Source of the DNA: Octopus sinensis
Taxonomy: Eukaryota
Direction of reading: 5' to 3'
DNA: 64,000 bases
Assembly (NCBI RefSeq): GCF_006345805.1
Contig: NW_021835989.1
Span: forward strand, 124,001-188,000
Translations under genes and position numbers: made by a program
Notes under the pieces: generated by a model
Database searches by the model: none
Told to the model about the DNA's origin: nothing
Seen by the model: the letters and a program-made list of their open reading frames with translations, nothing else
Part shown: positions 25,201 through 37,589 of the stretch, piece after piece
Layout: every line of letters begins with the position of its first letter
How positions within the stretch are numbered: the first letter of the stretch is position 1

Positions 25201-26844
25201 AATTCAGCCATTCTAATATTATACTGTCCAATTTAAGTTGTTGTTCCCCCTAAATATAAAAAACATGTCCAAACAAGCAGCTGTCTAGTAAAATGTAGTC
25301 TATGTGAACATGCAGAGTGTTTATTCCTCAAACTATCCAGTTCATCCCTCGACTCACTCTCATATACACTTGTTCTATTCTTCTGATCCTCCATTCACTT
25401 TCCACTGACTTTAATTTGGTGTATAATTCATTAATACATTCTTTGGAATTATTTAATAAATTCAGTTTATTAAATAATTCATTTTGTTTGTGTTATAATG
25501 TCTTTGATTACCTAACAGTCATTACACACACAATAACCCTCGATTCATGGACAAGACACCCCTTATCCACCATAAGGGATGATAATAAAGTATTTAATTG
25601 CTATTTTCTGTTGTTAAATCCTCATCTCTCACTCTAAGTTGAGAAATATTGAGTTCTCTTTGTCTTCATATTGGACACATGATCAGCCAATCTAGCACTA
25701 ATGTCCTTAATTGGGTCTGATTTTTATATTAATTAATTACCAGAAATTTCTCTTTGAGTGAATTAATAATAAATTTGCAATTATCTTCCAATCTTTGCAC
25801 AGTGGCGCGACATTGTTCTAAAATATGGACAGAATAGAAAACCCTTCTCCAAATGACGGGCTTTTTAAATGGACTAATTTAGCCTTTAAGCCAGCCAGCC
25901 GTTGCTATTAGAATTTTTATCGAGAAATAAACTTCTGACTCGTTGACTTGAAGTTCAACTTGATCAAGTCGGTCGTTCTTTGCACAATCTCATCTTCCTT
26001 CTCAGAAATGTCCATTCTCAGCTAAAATGAACCAAAATTAGCACAGTTTGAGCTTGTTGTCGTTTTTGTGTCACATAAGACATTATTCCACGAAGACTCT
26101 TAGCCTCTGCTAACTTTAAATTAATAAAATTAAAAAAACTTGTTCTTTTCGTAGCTTTGATATACAATCGAGGGCTTTGGAGTATTTTAGCAGAAGCAAA
26201 ATGGCATCAAATCTATCTTTGAGCACTTTTCCTTCACTCAGAGGCCTAGTTTAGCTATAAATAGGAATAAACCAAGTCGTGTCCTCTTGATGACAGAATA
26301 TAACATTCTCCAGGATAGATTTAGACACACCCAGCAGTTCAGCAATCTATATAAGGCTGACAAGTCTCCAACCTCCAGATTTAAGTCCCCACATCTTCTT
26401 GTGACATTACTTTTTGATCCGTCTGTCTCTTCTCTGGAGATTACACCGTCTAATGTCCTGCAGAGCTGTTTATTTGATTATTTATTTACTTTTCCTGTGC
26501 TTTGAAGGGATCTTTGGACTATGCAAGATTGGTTGGTCACTGAGGATATGGAGAGGCCAATTTGTGCCTTTAATTCTTTCTCGTTACATAGCTTTAGGGT
26601 TTTAGAAGATAATACTGAGGGTTCGTGGACAAAGGCACCTCCTTTGCTTCCAGGTGGCATATCTCCTGTCACCATGTACCGTAGACACTCGATTATAGTC
26701 TGGGAGTGGTTTAGAGTAGTACTGTTTTCCCTGATCCATTTGGCCGACAATTAGAGTTAGGGGTGTGTGGAACTCGATTGATTGGTATGTTTCTGGGCTA
26801 AAGCTTCGAATCCCCAATATTTTCATTTTTAAAATCATTGACAT
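22250..26844 (-). CDS. RAD50: DNA repair protein RAD50
   Basis: GIRSF..PLTLIVG.NGSGK|TIIECL Walker A; central zinc hook CPLC (~24385-24405); MRGRCSAGQK signature; [11 protein letters not shown] Walker B; ITHDEEF H-loop. Many mini-introns and frameshifts. The 3' end is approximate. Confidence 0.95.
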
Positions 26845-26871
26845 TTGTGTAACCACAAGATATAGTTTTTT

Positions 26872-27215
26872 TTTTCGCGCGCACAAATTAATACTATTAA
26901 TTAATAATATTAATTCATAACCTCAAATATATGAAATAAATAAATAAATGTCATTGTCTCAAATATATCTCTATTAAACATTTTAGTGCTCCTGCAAATA
27001 ATTAAATATCGCGTTGCTAAGAAAGAATTGATTTGTCTGCTTTAATTCATTCTTTGTGCTCCTCAGCACGCCTACTGAGTGAATCATTTTTTCATAATCA
27101 GTATAAATATTTTAAATTTTGATAAATCTATGTTAATTACACATTGAAATGATTGCAATAAATCAATAATCGCACCAAAACTCTAATTAATCAATTTTCC
27201 CGCCATCAATTTGAA
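26872..27215. promoter_or_regulatory. Putative bidirectional promoter with E2F-like and CHR-like motifs
   Basis: TTTCGCGC ~30 bp upstream of the RAD50 ATG. TTTTCCCGCC followed by TTTGAA at ~27196-27215. Both are CpG motifs in very AT-rich DNA. Confidence 0.4.
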
Positions 27216-27299
27216 TTAAAACGTTAAATTATGCGTTATTTATGTGGTGTGTTATCTCAAAGAACAAGGCCGATTTTTAATCAAAATTTAAGCCGAAAA

Positions 27300-27989
27300 A
27301 TGTCCAATTCCAGTAATGTAGCTAAGTAATTTTAACTGGCCGAGACATTGCCTCTCTGGGCATATCAGTGATAGGAAATCATCATAAAAAGTATTAATTT
27401 CATTTCAAAATAGCACTTTTGTTGGATTAAAGTCATTAATCTCTCAAAGAACAAGACTAGTCGACAAAAAATAAAACCTGGGGATTTGATAATCCAAATT
27501 AACGGGACTGACTTGGTTGACAAACCTCCTTCCTGGTAAATCCCTAAAAATTACTGATTAGTGCCTATAAAGTCTTTGTCGAAGAAATGGAGAACGTCCC
27601 GTCACCTTAGTCATCCTCAGAGACAATAAAATACAAATAACACACTCAAAATCCTCTTTTAATACCATAAATGGCATCTTGTTACAATTTCCCTTAAAAA
27701 CGTGTTTTATTGATGCTAAAAATTATTTAGAACTTTTCGGGTTTGGGTTTTTGCTTGCTTCGTGTCCTCAACTGGAGATTGGTGGTCCAATTTCAGCACT
27801 TTTGTGAAGGGGATCACCAGTCAGGAATGTACTGACTCAGGTTTGACCATCGGGGACCGTCTTGTTACTGTAAATTGTTTTTTATGGTATTTTTAGATAA
27901 ATAAATGCAATGTAAGGGCAATGGAGAAGATTAATGTCTCCAATTTGCTTAAAACCTTCCCGTTGATGTTAAAATTGACTTTACGGTAG
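27300..27989 (+). CDS. Small two-PDZ-domain protein
   Basis: IKPGDLIIQINGTDL and GLGF...GLTIGDRLVT|INKCNV PDZ signatures, with short introns. Confidence 0.65.
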
Positions 27990-28927
27990 CACGGATTAGT
28001 CCGCCTGACCAAGTCTGCTATATTTGGACATAAAATAGACTTTTGTGGGGGAAAGATCACTTTTAGTTGCATTCGGGGAGACCCAATCTGCCGGATTAGG
28101 CATTTCTTTAAAGACATGAACGACAGACAAATCTTCAGGAATATATATTGAGTCAATTTTAAGACAGGAGCACTATGGAAGTTTGGTAGAATTGAAATAT
28201 CTGATAAGGATGGACGGGCTTTAGAGGGGACGAATATTGGCTGTGAACGACACTTCTATCGAGGATTGTTTGACTGTTCATTCTGCTTGAAAAGCTGATT
28301 GGGCGGTGGAGAAAAGTCGGAATATGGGGACTTTTCTTGTTTGTTATTGAAAGAGGGGAGAACATAAGGCCGAGTATTTAAGGATATTTAATGTAGAGTA
28401 TGTTGAGAGACACAGTTCGACAAGCGTAGTTGGTCGGGAATGCACAGAGAAGATAAACGGGGGGATAAAGGCTAGTCATACTGAGCAGTCGATTAAGTCT
28501 TTGAGACATTTTTTAAGCTTCAGGAAGGATGGTACGAGAGGAGTTTAAGAATTGTCGATTATATATTTTTCGCAGAACAATATTTTAAAATGATTATTTT
28601 AATTAGTGGCTATGTTCTATTTAATCCAGTGGCTATGAATTAATGTGTTGAAATAAGAGTGGATACTTTGTGTCAAAATAATAGAACATAAAAATCTCTG
28701 GAGATAATTTATAACAAATTTGGCACTAAAGAAGACTTTAGAGAACATGAGAATGATGAAAGAACTCAGGCTGTGGGATGTAAATTCCGGAACCTTAACA
28801 TAATTATAATTTGTTTTTTCTAAATTTATTTTAAATTTCGACCTATCTCTATAGCCACACTAATTATTGATGGCCACCTAATCAAAAATGGATTAATAAC
28901 GATATATTTTGAGTGAATTGACCCTCA

Positions 28928-31392
28928 TCTTAATAATAAATGGTTGGTTGGTCTGTCTTTCTGTCTGTGGTCCCCTGTCTGTGCACACCCACATTCAAAT
29001 TGTTACAACCAGATCAAATTGTCAAAACCTTCCCTTTTGTAGTTATTCGTCTGAGGCCAATAAAAGGTTTTTATCCTCTAATAACCGTCTGTCAAAAAAA
29101 TTTAATAAGAAAGAATATCTCGATGATGAGGTCCCCAAAACCTTCAAGGCAATTTTCTGCGTTTTTGTTAAAATGAACAACAGAAAGTCTTCGACTCACC
29201 TGATGTGGTCCCCCAAAACGTTCAGCAACAAGTAAAATTAAAAAAATATTTTCCGGCGTTTTTGTTATAATGAACAACAAGAAAGTCCTCGACTCACATG
29301 ATGTGGTCCCCTTCAAACCTTCAAGCCAAAAAATTAAACAAATTATTTTCTGCGTTTTTGTTAAAATGACCACAAGAAAGTCCCTCGACTCACATGATTG
29401 TGTCCCTCAAAAACCTTCAAGCCAAAAAATTAAAAAAATTATTTTCTGCGTTTTTGTTAATGAACAACAAAAAGTCCACTCGACTCACATGAGGATTGTC
29501 CCTCAAAACCTTCAAGCCAAAAAATTAGAAAAAATTATTTTCTGCGTTTTTGTTAAAATGAACAACAAAAAGTCCTCGACTCACATGAAAAATGTTGGTC
29601 CCTCAAAACCTTCAAGCCAAAAATAAAAAAATTATTTTCTGCGTTTGTGTTAATGAAGCAACAAGAAAGTCCTCGACTCACATGATGTGTCCCCCAAAAC
29701 TTCAAGCCCAAAATTCAAAAAAAATTTTCTGCGTTTTTGTTAAATGAACGACAAGAAAGTCCTCGACTCACAGATGAGGTCCTCCACACCTTCAAGCCTC
29801 GGAGGCCATTAATGTACTTAGCTAATCTTTTTTTCGATGACATAATTCTTTTTTGTTAAATTTTCTAAACAAATAAATAAAACGCTCACTTGTTCTCGAC
29901 ATGGAATAGACTGTGCAATTATCAGATTTGAAACCACTAAAAAAAAGGAAAAAGCAAATTAATTAGAGATTTACATAATTGATTCTTTTTAACTGCCGAA
30001 CTACAAATTCGATATGCGCTGTTAGATTTTCTACAAGATAGAGGCAATAAATTTAATTAGTCATGTAAATCAATTTGCCTATATTTAATCTCCTTGATTT
30101 AACATGGCTTTAATTTTTTTCCTTATAATACTACAAAGAAAAGCTGATTATCGTTCTTACCGAAACAGACAAGTTCGATTATTCTACAGTTTCATTCCTT
30201 TAACCATAGAGAATTAAATAATGGCTTTATGGATAATACACTTTACAATAATTTTCACTAAATAAATTTACGTAAAAATTTAAGAATAAATGTACTGATT
30301 CGCGTTACCAAATCTAAGAATGTCCTATAAGAGAGATCTGAACTGTTAACAAACAAGAGAATATGAACCATATAACAAAAAAAAGAGAACGAGGAAGATG
30401 TGCTTTAAATGTGAGGAACTTATACACAGCTGAACAAGTCGGCTGCTGTTAGACTCAACAACTACGGTTAATAGAATTAATGCTTCTAGAATTGTTGGGA
30501 TGAATGTACGATGGGCTCATAAAGGCGCATTCAAGCATTGACCGAACATATAGAGATATCAATAAAAATGTACGACCATTTGTTTGGGGAGCATTATTTT
30601 TATTGGCAGGTGATTTTAATACAACGCTGCAATTATTCAAAAGGGACTCCTGCGGATGAATTGAATGCCTCGCCGCAATCGTCATATTTGTGGACACACT
30701 GAAACAGGTAAGCTTGATGTAAATTACATGCACATTTACAGGCCGTTAATATCATATTCCCACATCCTTCTAGATTTTGGAAATGGGGGCAATCACTTTC
30801 AGAAATGCACGACCAGAAAAATTAGGCTACGAAGAATTATGTATTTCGAGAAACAGCAGAAGAATATTGAATTCCGTCTATTCCCAACTATCTGAACACT
30901 ACGTGAATTTCGCTGGCTGCGTGAACGAGCTATATTAGCCTCCACTTTGATGAGTACTTAATATAAATTTAGATTTTTTAATCGAATCCCTGGCAGAGAA
31001 GAACAGATATAAATCGTGGTTCGACTTTATATGGACCTGAATTGGCCTGCGATATTTTAAGAGACTACAATTTCCGCTGAGATAAGTTTTGCTATGACAA
31101 TAAATAGCCCAAGGTGACAGTCTTTTAAGGTATTAGGCTTATTTTTAGAGAGAGTGCTTTTCACATGGCCAGCTGTATTGGGGTGCTCAATGGTAAGGTA
31201 GAAGAGAAATTCTTCATATTTTGCCACGGAGGAGTACTGCAAACATCTTTATCCACATTAAATAAGGTTATATCAAAAGTCACATTATATATCTACATAA
31301 ATTTATAGTTATTTAGGGAACCTGCGAGCGTACGCGAGCAGGGCCTCCGCATGAGCTAGCCTTCGCAGTGAGCGAAGCGAATGCTGAGCTAG
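28928..31392 (+). mobile_element. Helitron (non-autonomous, decayed PIF1-like helicase)
   Basis: 5' A|TCTTAATAATAAA with (GTCT)-rich tract; 3' hairpin plus CTAG|T. Helicase remnants WDECTMAHK, LLAGDF, TPADELNA, FAMTIN and FSHGQLY. Confidence 0.85.
29118..29798 (+). repeat. Tandem ~96-bp minisatellite, ~7 copies
   Basis: GACTCAC recurs at 29193, 29291, 29387, 29482, 29578, 29675 and 29765. Confidence 0.95.
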
Positions 31393-31469
31393 TACTCAAT
31401 AAAATGTGACTGTAAAAATTAATATTAAACATTTATTAAAATTTAATCAAATTTTTTGATGGTTTCGGA

Positions 31470-31570
31470 TTTAGACTAAACAAAATATCACAAGCGATAT
31501 CCGCTGAAAAAGTCACTCGTTTTGCGACTGTCGTGACTGATCCTCAATATGATTAAACCATCCTGAATTT
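31470..31570 (-). mobile_element. CRE-type 3' end relic
   Basis: Nucleotide match to 1735-1800 (cgatatccgctgaaaaa...tgattaaacca). Translates LFQRISLVI. Confidence 0.65.
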
Positions 31571-32267
31571 AAAATCACTTCGTTTTTTTACAAAAACTAC
31601 AAATTTATATAAAATTTGTCAATGAACTTTTAAAAGAAATCAAAACCCAATGTTTACTTTTTACCAAACATAACCCGACGTTTCCCCAAAATTTAATTTT
31701 AAAAACCATCAGATTAAAATTTGCATTGATAACAAAAATTAATCAAATTCATTAAGCTTTTTCATCCTGAAATTTGTACGAAAAAATGCTCGGATAATTT
31801 CAAATTGATCACGTGACCCATTGTTGAAGAAATCTATCTTTTACGGATTGATTGAATCTGTTTTTTTTAAAAATAAAATTCAAAACCTTTAAACTTGACC
31901 CTGATCGAGGGAGCCGAAACAGGTTTTATCGATAATTCTGCATTGCGGTATAATTAAATTCCTTTCCATTGTTCCTTAGTGGAATTGACCTTAATGTACT
32001 AAATTTATCTCGAAAAAATAGGAATCAATTAATATCCAAAAATCTGGTCCATTGAATAACGTGACGTTAATTATTAAAAATTCATATTAGTTGGGACCCG
32101 TCGCGAATTTCCGCCAAAAAAGGCGATGCCGCCCTGTGCGATTTGTTGGAATCTGAAAGACCACCGACTATAATGAGGTCCCTGGTTTGAGTGTATCGGG
32201 ATCACGTGAGTCGGGTCTTATTTTTTAGAAATAAATTAAATAAATTAAAAATATAATATTTAATAAA

Positions 32268-32748
32268 ATGTCAGAGTACCCAGGGTATGTTGTTGTTCAT
32301 ATTAAAAGTAACCAAGAAAAATCAAAATTCTACGAAATGATAGATCAGCTGATTAAAAGAGGGAATAGAACGTTATGAAGACTCAATTCCCAACTGTCTT
32401 CTCGAATCGCTTATTGTTTGCCTCCCCACTTAATCCATAGCCTACACCTGTAATTTCTCGAAGAGGCTCGTGCTGTGTCCCACTATGCTGGGAAGAAGTG
32501 CATTGATGTGGAAGATGTACGATTGGGGATCACTCTGAAGAAGGAGGCTGCAGGGAAGGATGTCCCCAGTCGGGAGGTCAGGACTATATTCTACTAAAAC
32601 ATAGTCACTGGATGAATTGGCTCGCCGAGTCAATTCTGTCCCCTTACCTCCAATCAGGAGTAATTCGACTCTTCCTCCTGATAAACTGTGCGTTGTGGCT
32701 GTCAATTATAAATTGACTGGCGATTCCAATAATCAGACTTTTTTGTAG
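32268..32748 (+). CDS. TAF9: TFIID subunit 9
   Basis: GIERYE..NCLLE..Y|..LEEARAVSHYAGKKCIDVEDVRLGI..PSRE|SLDELARRVNSVPLPPI..LPPDKLC..NYKL. Three short introns. Confidence 0.9.
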
Positions 32749-32860
32749 ATCTTTATTATTTTGTTTCATAAATATCTCACCATATTTTTCAAAATTGGAT
32801 TTTTTCTTTAAAAATGATGTTATGGACTACACAACTAAGACATAATAAAAGCCAATTAAA

Positions 32861-33945
32861 TTAAATGATGGTTTTGACTCTCTTGGCCTCTGAATTCCAA
32901 TAACTGGCTCGAATACGGTCATTCAAAGCCAATTTCATGTATAACTACAAAATAACACGTCCATTCGTCACCTCCACTGCCTCATCCACATTTTTCTGAG
33001 GGTCAATCCCTGCAATAGCCAATTCCTCAGCACAGTCAGCCAGACATGACCACAAAAAAAGCACGTCCCGATATCTAGTCCTCTAAGGGTCTCAACTAGT
33101 CTTAAATTGTGAGAATATCCTCCAATCAGTTTTACAATTCTAAAAACATAAATCAAATAAATAACCCGGTCAAATAATCCACGGACTTTCATTGTCAGGA
33201 ATAATCCCAATATATTTTAGACAAAACTAAAAGTATTACAAAATAATAATTCAACTCAATTTCCGACTCAGTTTTGGCGGGAAATTGAATAGTTTTGGCG
33301 GGAAAAATAGTTGAAATCTATGATTCCAAGCGGAATTATTGTGTGGGTCAGATTCGATCATTTGTTGGTAAATTGGACTTCTTTGATGTTATCCGCGGAC
33401 ATTAAATCATTTCGTTTAAGCAGCCACAAACTATCAATTCATAAAAACACAAAACCCGTATTGCCATGCATGTAGATTTCTCGAATCTTTTGAAAATACA
33501 ATTTCGCAAATTCAAGTTCCCGCAAAATATTGAATCGTCCGTTGGACAAGCCATTGCTGTGGTACCAGCTTGGTAGTTTTTGTATTTCCTGGGAGCATAA
33601 CAGAAGTTACAAATCTCTTTCTACAAGCAGATCTGATTTTAGTGCAATTAATACTCTTCTACGATAATTCCTGTGGATTTTATAATCTGGTTGTACCAGG
33701 CTGTGTAATTGGCGATATTCAGGCAGAGGAGATCCCCTGTGAGTTCTAAGGCTCTCGAGCTCATTTCGCCTTGAGTGAGATGGCTCGGAATAGCCCATTA
33801 GATCACGAACTGGGGTACATTTAGGTAATAAAACATTCAGGAGTGAAGTCTATTTGAAGAAAGTCAGTGTCTTTGGGTAGGGGATGGGTTCTATGTCATC
33901 CCACTCGGGTCTTTTATTGTAAAAAATGTATTCGTCGTTGGTCAT
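32861..33945 (-). CDS. FNTA: Protein farnesyltransferase/GGTase-I alpha subunit
   Basis: YNKRPEWDDIEPIP, RALELT..LNIANYTAW|NYRR, NNSAWNHR, NESPW and DRIRASYW. PPTA repeats; mini-introns and frameshifts. Confidence 0.9.
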
Positions 33946-34059
33946 GCCACCTCAGATTGATAAATTTACTTTTGAATTAAATAAAAATTATGTCTCATAT
34001 AATAAGTTAATTATTCATTATTTCTTTAATACGACGGGCCCTCGAGGGGGGTGGGATTT

Positions 34060-34340
34060 ATTTCAGCTTACCTTTTATGAAACAATTTTTTATTTAAAAA
34101 TAATGGCATTACCGTCTTGCCTATTTCTTTCTGGGGACAACACGATGCCGGTGCGGGGGAATGGGATTTCCATCACAACGCATTTCATTGTGTTAGAGAT
34201 TAACCGCCTCTCTGCACACCAAATTACACACTCTTCTATATTATCGCCAAAGAGCCTGTTTAGAGACAATAATCGGTTATATTCCTGCATTATTTGCTCA
34301 TCAGACTTGATTGCAGCCGCATCAACAATCCCATTTAAAA
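34060..34340 (-). mobile_element. Possible Merlin/ISXO2-like transposase N-terminal relic
   Basis: EECVIWCAERRLISNTMKC resembles the N-terminal zinc ribbon region of Merlin-type transposases. Truncated. Confidence 0.35.
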
Positions 34341-34399
34341 TTAAACAATCCCATTAAAATTAAATTAAAAAATAATGAAAAAATAATTCAAGTCTATTG

Positions 34400-35881
34400 T
34401 TTATACGTCGAGATTTATACATTATACAAAGTAAACATTCAACTCTTTTCACTGAAAAAGAAGTATTGGAATCCCTACACCAAACAAAAGTAACATATTC
34501 ACATGGTCCCGACAGCATTCCTATAATTCTCCTGAAAAACATAGGCAATGAGGGAATCAGTGTTCTCACAAAAATCTTCAATTGGTCGATTAACTACAAC
34601 TCAATCCCAACGATTTGGAAATTGGCGAACATCCGCCCAATTTTGAAGGGTGGAAAACCAAAACAAGACCCGGCCTCCTTCAGGCCAATTTCCCTATTAT
34701 GTTCCATGTCAAAAACTCTGGAAAAACTCATCCTCACAAAAATCATTAACAGCATTCCCAACAAGGCTTGCTAACATGGATTCAAAAAAGATTGTTCCAC
34801 TGCAAGCTTCCTTAGCTCCTTGACTAACTTTATCCGTTCTGGCATTTCGTGCAAGCCAAGACATCAGAAAACTGTACTTTGTTCGCTGGATATCCACAAA
34901 GCCTTCGACGCTGTGCCTAGAAAAAACCTAGCATGGAAAATCTACCAATCAAACATCCCTGAAGACCTCAAGCTCTGGTTTACTAACTTCCTCAGCGGTC
35001 GAAGAGGAAGAGTATGCTTTGGAAACATTCGTTTCATTTCCCGTCTATTCCCAAATGGTGTACCCCAGGGCTCACCATTATCACCTTTCCTATTCACTTT
35101 GTTTACGGCCGATATTCCGACGCCTAATGGCGATGACGATCTGCTTCTGGCCTATGCAGATGACATTGTATTGGCATCACGGGACCAGAACATCCAAACA
35201 GCAAAAGGAATTACAACAAAACCTGGATCACCTAGTTGAGTGGTTTAACGTAAACCGGATGTCGATCAACACAGAAAAATCTCTGTCACAACTCTCTACT
35301 CCTCAGCCAAAAGACTATCGAAAACTTCAATCGAAGTTGTTGTGGAGGGAAGAGTATTACCTTTCAGCAAATGGCAAAAGATATTGCGATTAACTTATGG
35401 CACACACATGAACTTCTCTAAACATGTCACAAATGTGCTGAACAAATGTGAAAAGAAAATCAACCTCCTGAAATGCCTAACTGGTTTATGGAAAATGGGA
35501 AATCACCCTATACTTAAAACACTCTACTCACAGTATATCGAACCATGTATCTCATATGTTTGTGCCTCATGGGGGCCACTGATTTCGAATACAAACATCC
35601 GTAAAATCTCCGCAACCCAGAAAAGAGCTTTCACACTTACCGAAAGGTGGTATACAGGTGAAGCTATCAAACCACCAATCTCTTTCGGAACTCTCATTGA
35701 GAAGAATACAAAAGGGCATCAATGGTATAAAGAAACGATCCGCCCTCAACGATCTTGTGTGGGCTCAAGAGAGCAGCACAGAGCGAAACTGAGAGCAATG
35801 ATCAAATTCGTCGGGATCACCTAGTTAGTTTTTTCTTTTGGTTAACGGTGGTCTTTGGAATAAATTTTGATTTGATTTGAC
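34400..35881 (+). mobile_element. LINE reverse transcriptase (5'-truncated) with (TTTGA)n tail
   Basis: GPDSIP, SFRPISLL, LDIHKAFD, GVPQGSPLSP and YADD motifs, with one stop and frameshifts. AATAAA followed by TTTGA x3 at ~35859-35880. Confidence 0.9.
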
Positions 35882-37589
35882 TAAAATTGTAGATTACCAT
35901 GTGAAAGTGATTGTCTTGGCTAATACCTAGTAAAAGGAATCAAATTCGTCAGATTTCTTGGCAATCCTGCCTCTTGATTTTTAGTAAACGATGTTTGATT
36001 TTTAGTAAAAACTGATCGGCAATTAAATAAAACAACTATAAATTAACCTCGGGGTTAATTTGCGTAAATAAGTCCAGTTGTCATAAATATTTTATTTCAA
36101 AAAAACTGAGTCGAGCTTTTATTTATAGAAAAAATTAGAATTATAAATTTACTTTTATAGGATAATTACGTCATGATTTGAGGAAATACCTTTCTCTTCA
36201 ACGGTTGACCATTTCGTTAAGCATATTGGGGCAATCTACAATTTCCATGATAGCCTACTTGAACGAATGGATATCCATTAATTAAAAATGATTTTGGAGT
36301 ACTCTAGTCATGTTTTTGATAAAAGGAGACTATAATTGAGGCGGTGCCCCATCCGGATTGTCTGATTCTATGAACAAAACCATAATATTCTGTTTTGTTC
36401 AAAAAATTTTTAATCTATAAAGTGTTGTTTTGAATCCATTAATTAGGTTCTTAACTGTAAAATATCTGATCTACAAATCATTTTCTACTCATTGATTATT
36501 TGACTACGACAAAATTTAATCTTCCTAAGATATGCAGCATGTGGGCTAAACAAAAAAAACAACCCATATGCAAACAATCACAGAATTCGGGCAGAGTGAA
36601 TATGCAAAAAAGATACTGTAGTAAATTAAAAAATTACTTCGTAACTTGCAGATTGCGTCTTATCTACATTCCATTAAAGCTGTATTTGTTGTTGGAAAAT
36701 TAGATGTTTAATATACTAACATTTTTAACACGTCTCTCAAAAAGAATGATTTTTGAAAAAGAAAAATTTATTTAACAGTTTGAATTATCTAAAACCTACT
36801 TTTTTTCTCTATAAAAATTCAAAACTCAAGACTGTTCATTTATAAATAATTCATGTTAAGCTGAAATCAACTTTTAGATCAATTAAGAGAATTTTCTTTT
36901 AATTTTTAATTGGTTTATTTTTAATGGGTATCTAAAGTCTAACTGCGTTTGAACCCCAGATAGAACAAGTAATGTATTTTTATGAAATAGGCATGCCACG
37001 ATGCACTGAAAATACTATCAAACCAGGGGGGGAAATGAAAAAGATTAAAAATGATGAAAACTACATAGAGAGTGGTAATTCTGTTTTCCAAATAAAAGAT
37101 TTTAACACAAATTCAGCACGCCCCACAGTGCCGCTATACGACGAGGTAATACGAGAATATATAAAGTTGTTTATAATAATTGGGATAACTATGAAGTTGA
37201 AAATGAGGAGTGGAATTTGTCAAAAAACATTTTTCATTATCAAACAAATTATAAAAACATTCTTTTGTCATTTAAATGATTAGGATTTAGAGTTAATCCA
37301 TTCTTAGGGAATAAAATTACGGTTAAAGCTTGGGTTAGGATTAATGCGTCCTATAAATTTCTAGAATTAAAGAATTTTTATCCCAGAAACAAATTTGTGC
37401 TCCTAGGGTTAATAGATCTTCATTTGATTTTTTTTAAGTAGATACAAGCCTGCTTAATGGATTCAACATGAGTATAAATACCTGAAATTGCAGTAAATTA
37501 CATTGGAGTATACCACGTTCAATGTTCTTTACACTTAGTTATTTTTTAGCAACCTTAATGAACTCTCAAGTTGAGAATTATTAACATTA

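Noticed and set aside
29118-29798. CRISPR-like, hammerhead or C/D-snoRNA array (TGATGAG and GAAA in each unit)
   Set aside because: The whole unit is conserved, with no unique spacers. There is no CUGAUGA-stemII-GAAA geometry and no D box, and the context is a eukaryotic Helitron.
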